Assembly (NCBI GenBank): GCA_963732705.1
Contig: CAVTAN010000006.1
Location: 286,073-350,072 of the forward strand
Origin: an uncultured Acidobacteriota bacterium
GTDB taxonomy: Bacteria > Acidobacteriota > Terriglobia > Acidiferrales > UBA7541
DNA: 64,000 nt
Direction of reading: 5' to 3'
Part shown: positions 59,850 through 64,000 of the stretch, in pieces
How positions within the stretch are numbered: position 1 is the first letter of the stretch
Layout of the letters: each line of letters starts with the position of its first letter
The notes under the pieces: model-generated
Told to the model about the DNA's origin: nothing
Database searches by the model: none
What the model saw: the letters and a program-made list of their open reading frames with translations, nothing else
Made by a program: the position numbers and the translations under genes

Positions 59850-61150
59850 ATGAACTCTGTCGTGGTGGTAGGCGCGCAATGGGGCGATGAAGGAAAAGGC
59901 AAAGTCGTCGACTATCTCGCCGGCTCCTTCGACTACATCGCGCGCGTCGCCGGTGGCCACAACGCCGGCCACACCGTCATCATCGGCACCGATCGCTACG
60001 TTCTTCAGCTCATCCCCTGCGGAATTCTGCGCCCGGCCGTCACGCCGTCATCGGCACCGGCGTCGTCGTCGATCCCGCCGCGCTCGTCAACGAAATCGAA
60101 ACTCTCGCCAAAGCTGGCATCGACGTGCAAGGGCCGTCTGCACGTCAGCAATCGCGCGCATCTGATTTTTCCCTATCATCGCGAACTGGATAAAGCTGCC
60201 GAAAGCGCGCGTGGCGCCGACAAAATCGGCACCACCTCGCGCGGCATCGGGCCCGCCTACGAAGACAAAATGGCGCGCCGCGGTTTACGCATGTGCGATT
60301 TGCTCGATCCCGATTCGTTTCGCAAAAAAGCCGCCCACGTCGTCGCCGAAAAAAATCGCCTCGCGAAGGGCGCTTATGGCGCGAACGTCGATTTCTCCCA
60401 CGAAGTGGAAGACACGCTGGCATTGGGCGAAAAAATTCGCGGCTACATCTGCGACACCGCCGAACTCGTCAATCACGCTCATGGACGACGGCAAATCCGT
60501 GCTCTTTGAAGGCGCCCAAGGCACCATGCTGGACATTGACCACGGCACCTATCCCTACGTCACTTCCTCCAGCGCCATCTCCGGCGGGGCCTCCACCGGC
60601 GTCGGCGTGCCGCCCACCAAGATCAAACATGTCCTGGGCATTTCCAAGGCCTATACCACCCGCGTCGGCTCCGGGCCATTTCCCACCGAAATGCCCGACC
60701 TCGACGCGCAAGAAGTTCGCAAGCGCGGCAAGGAATTCGGCGCCGTCACCGGTCGCCCGCGCCGTTGCGGCTGGCTCGATCTTGCAGGTTCTGCGCTACG
60801 CCAAAATGATCAACGGCATCGACTCCCTGGTGGTCACCAAGCTGGACGTGTTCGACACCCAACGCGAAATTCAGGTCTGCGTCGCTACAAATACAAAGGG
60901 AAGCCCTTACACGAAATGCCCGCGCTCGCCGAAGAATACGAGCACGTCACGCCCGAATACAAAACTCTGCCGGGCTGGAACGAAACCACCTACGGCCTGA
61001 AAGACGGCGCAAAGTTGCCCAAAGCCGCTGTCGATTACTTGAAATTTATTTCCGACTTTCTCCACGTCGAAATCGGCATGATCTCCACCGGTCCCGAGCG
61101 CGACGCCACCATCATCCAGCCCGGCACCATCCTTTCGACTTGGCTTGTGA
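59850..61150 (+). CDS. purA: Adenylosuccinate synthetase, frameshifted; end approximate
   Basis: QWGDEGKGK, GGHNAGHT, IGTT.RGIGPAY.DK, EGAQG, GTYPYVTSS, TGRPRRCGWLD, STGPER. Confidence 0.95.
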
Positions 61151-61242
61151 TTGCCGCGCTATCGGGTGTTGGTCTACATCAATTTCGCTCTTCCGCTTCC
61201 AGTCCGGCCGCGAACTAAAGCCGGAGTAAACTAAACTCACCG

Positions 61243-62462
61243 ATGCTGACCTTCGAACAGGCTCGCCAAGAAGTGGTCTCGCAGATGTCCGCACCAATCG
61301 CACGCCCCCCACGCTCGACCTCAGCGTGTGGGACGCCTCGGCTACGTCCTCGCGCAAGATCTAAATCGCGATCGCAACTATCCGCCCTTCAATCGCGCCA
61401 CCCGAGATGGCTACGCAGTTCGTGCTAGCGAAGCCATCGCAGGTGCCACGCTGAGCTGCATCGGCGAAATAAAAGCTGGCGACTGCGCTCAGCCCAACCG
61501 CTCGCCGAGAAACCTGCGTCCAAATCATGACCGGCGCGCCGGTACCCCCGGAAGCCGACGCCGTGGTGATGATCGAGCACACCAGCCGCAATGGAGAGCT
61601 CGATCCATTTCCAGCAAACAGCTACACGCAGGCCAAAACATCGTCCCGCAGGGCAGCGAAGCCAGAAAGATCAACCTCTGCTGCATTCCGGCGCGCGACT
61701 GGGCTTCGCCGAATTAGGTCTCGCCGCGCAGATCGGCGCCACGCAATTCCGCTGCGCAAAAAAACCTCGCGTCGCCATCCTGTCCACCGGCGACGAAGTC
61801 GTCCCTATCGATGCCTCTCCCGGCCCTTTCCAGATCCGCAACAGCAACAGCGTTTCTTTGGCCGCGCAAGTCCGACGTCGCTGGCGGGGAACCGGTAATC
61901 CTCGGCAATGCTCCTGATCGCATCGAAAGTCTTGCGCGACAAAATTCAACACGGCCTGCAGGAAGACATCTTGGTCTTGTCCGGCGGCGTCTCCATGGGC
62001 AAATACGATTTGGTCGAAGAAGTTCTGAAGGAATTTCGGTGCCACTTTTTATTTCGACGCCGTGGCTATCCGCCCAGGCAAACCTGCTGTCTTTGCGCAT
62101 GCGTAAGAGAAACCCATCTTCGGCCTCCCCGGCAATCCGATTTCCACGATGGTCACTTTCGAATTGCTTGTCGTGCCCGCCATCGACCTACTCAGCGGGG
62201 CTCCTGCCCGCCCCCTGCCTTTTCTGAAAGCGACCCTGGCCCAGTCAATGAAAGAAAAACCCGGCATGACACATTTTCTTCCCGCCACGTCTAAAATGGT
62301 CCGGTGAAGGCGTCCCCGAAGTGACCTGGCTTCCATGGCAGGGTTCCGGCGACACCGTCACCATGGCAAAAGCCAATTGCTTTCTGGTCGTAGGTCCCGA
62401 CATCCAATCACTCGCGGCTGGCGAATACTGTTAACGTGCTGATGCGCAGGGATGTCTCGTAA
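61243..62462 (+). CDS. moeA: Molybdopterin molybdenumtransferase, frameshifted
   Basis: PPFNRA.RDGYA, IMTGAPVP..ADAV.MIE, STGDE, SGGVSMGKYD, GLPGNP.S. Confidence 0.92.
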
Positions 62463-62492
62463 ACGAATTCCACCGACAGCCGCGCGCCAATC

Positions 62493-63021
62493 ATGAAAAA
62501 AGCTCTCCCATTACGCCAAATCCGGAAGCGTTCAGAATGGTCGATGTCTCCGCCAAGGCCATCACCACCCGCACCGCTGTCTGCCCGCGGCTCTGGTTAA
62601 AATGTCTCCCGCCGTCGTCCGCGCCGTGAAACGCCTCCAGAATCCCAAGGGCAATCCCCTCGAAATCGCTCGCATCGCCGGCATCGCCGCCGCCAAACGC
62701 ACCTCTGAGTGGATACCTCTTTGTCACCCACTCCTCCTCACGCACATTGATGTGACTGCTTCCCTATGCCAGAATGGCGTTGAACTTCAATCTACCGTAA
62801 CGACGACCGCGCAAACAGGCGTGGAGATGGAAGCGTTGGTCGCCGTTACAGCCGCAGCCCTCACGGTTTACGACATGTGCAAAGCCCTGGATAAAAGCCA
62901 TCGAGATCACCGCCATCGTGCTGGTCGAAAAAACCGGCGGCAAAAGCGGCGATTTCCGCCGCTCCATGCCGCATGCTCGCTGGCGAAGCCAACTCCGCTC
63001 AAGAGAGCTCGATCTCGATGA
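62493..63021 (+). CDS. moaC: Cyclic pyranopterin monophosphate synthase, frameshifted; end approximate
   Basis: MVDVSAK, AGIAAAKRT..IPLCH, TGVEMEAL, YDMCKA.D, KTGGKSG. Confidence 0.93.
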
Positions 63022-63775
63022 GCGCTGCCCCCGCGGAAAAGCGTCAAGCTCCTGCTGGCCGACGATAATCCCTTGATCCGTGATCTCGTAGCTAAAAGCC
63101 CTTGAGCCCGTCTGCGAAGTTGTCCTCGCCGACGACGGCGCCGACGCCCTCCTCAAAGTCATCGACGAACCTCCCGACGCTGATTCTTTGCGATTACAAA
63201 ATGCCTGGCCTGGACGGCCGCCAGCTCTTTGAAAAACTGCGCGGCCGCCAACCACTCGCCACATTCCGTTTCTGTTCATGGCCAGCCGCGCCGACATTGA
63301 AGAACGCTTGCGCCCGCTGGTCGATGGCGTCGAGGATTTCATCACCAAGCCTTTTCTCGTCAAAGATCTGGTGCGCATCACCAAGAAAGTCGTCGATCGC
63401 CTGCATCTCGAAAAGCTTCAAACCAAAGCTCTCGCCCCGGCGTAATTCAGGGCCGCCTCGAGGAAATGAACATGATCGATCTCATGCAGTCCCTCGAAAT
63501 GGGCCAGAAGTCTTGCCGCCTGGTCGTCCAGAAGGGCGCCGAGCCGCGGCGAACTATACTTCGCCAGCGGCCAATGTCGCGACGCCAAGAGTGGCAACCT
63601 GGACGGCGACGATGCCGTCTATCGCGTCTTGCTTTGGACCGAAGGCGAATTTGAAATCGATTTCAATGCCGCCAATGCTTCCACTCGCACCACCACCACT
63701 CAAAACACCACCGGCCTGCTCATGGAAGCCATGCGTCTGATGGACGAAGCCAGCCGCGACGAAGTCGCCACCTAA
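63018..63775 (+). CDS. Response regulator with DUF4388 (PATAN-like) domain, frameshifted
   Basis: LLADD, ILCDYKMP.LDG, FITKPF; then GRLEEM..IDL.Q.L, W.EGEF, LLMEAMR..DE. Confidence 0.85.
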
Positions 63776-63779
63776 AAAC

Positions 63780-64000
63780 GTGCCCAGCAATTCCTCCTCC
63801 CCGTGCGCGTAGCCATCCTCACCATCAGCGATTCCGCCTCTAAAGGCGAACGCGAAGATCTCTCCGGTCCCGCCGTGGTTGCTTTCTGTCGCGGCCTCAA
63901 TTGGGAAGTTACCTCCACGTTGCGTCTCGCTGACGATCCCGCCAGCATTCGCGAACAACTCCGCTCCATCGCCGACTCCGGCCGCGTCGACCTCGTCCTT
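63780..64000 (+). CDS. MogA/MoaB molybdenum cofactor biosynthesis protein, 3' truncated
   Basis: VRVAILTISDS..GEREDLSGP, follows moeA and moaC. Confidence 0.88.

Noticed and set aside
42809-64000. Programmed frameshifting or mass pseudogenization
   Set aside because: Indels are scattered, hit core genes such as purA, and lack consistent slippery sites; read error is simpler

Overview
A 64-kb GC-rich bacterial chromosomal window. Gene content and style suggest Acidobacteriota (inference, not a database result). It is mostly housekeeping: LPS heptose genes, comEC, rlmD, coaX, birA, valS, bamD, fmt/def, aroC, mlaEFD, pntAB, tRNA-Leu(CAA), ksgA, glgA, trxA, tag, purA and moeA/moaC/mogA. I found no integrase, transposase, prophage or CRISPR array. 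From about 42.8 kb onward most long genes carry single-base indels, best explained as uncorrected long-read errors, so coordinates there are approximate. The strongest candidate for an undescribed system is a polyphosphate module at 35.7-41.3 kb: a Pho-box promoter drives two tandem thymidylate-kinase-fold genes (one intact P-loop, one Lys-to-Arg variant), then ppx and sixA, facing a CHAD protein fused to a degenerate copy of the Ppx HD domain. This looks like a bacterial, phosphate-regulated counterpart of the heteromeric archaeal PPK3. Other leads are a RomR/PopZ-like scaffold upstream of valS, a DnaD-like hypothetical protein, a structured purA leader, an unannotated 31-aa membrane peptide, an exported TldD/TldE pair, a non-lipidated BamD, and an ICMT-family methyltransferase coupled to LPS genes.
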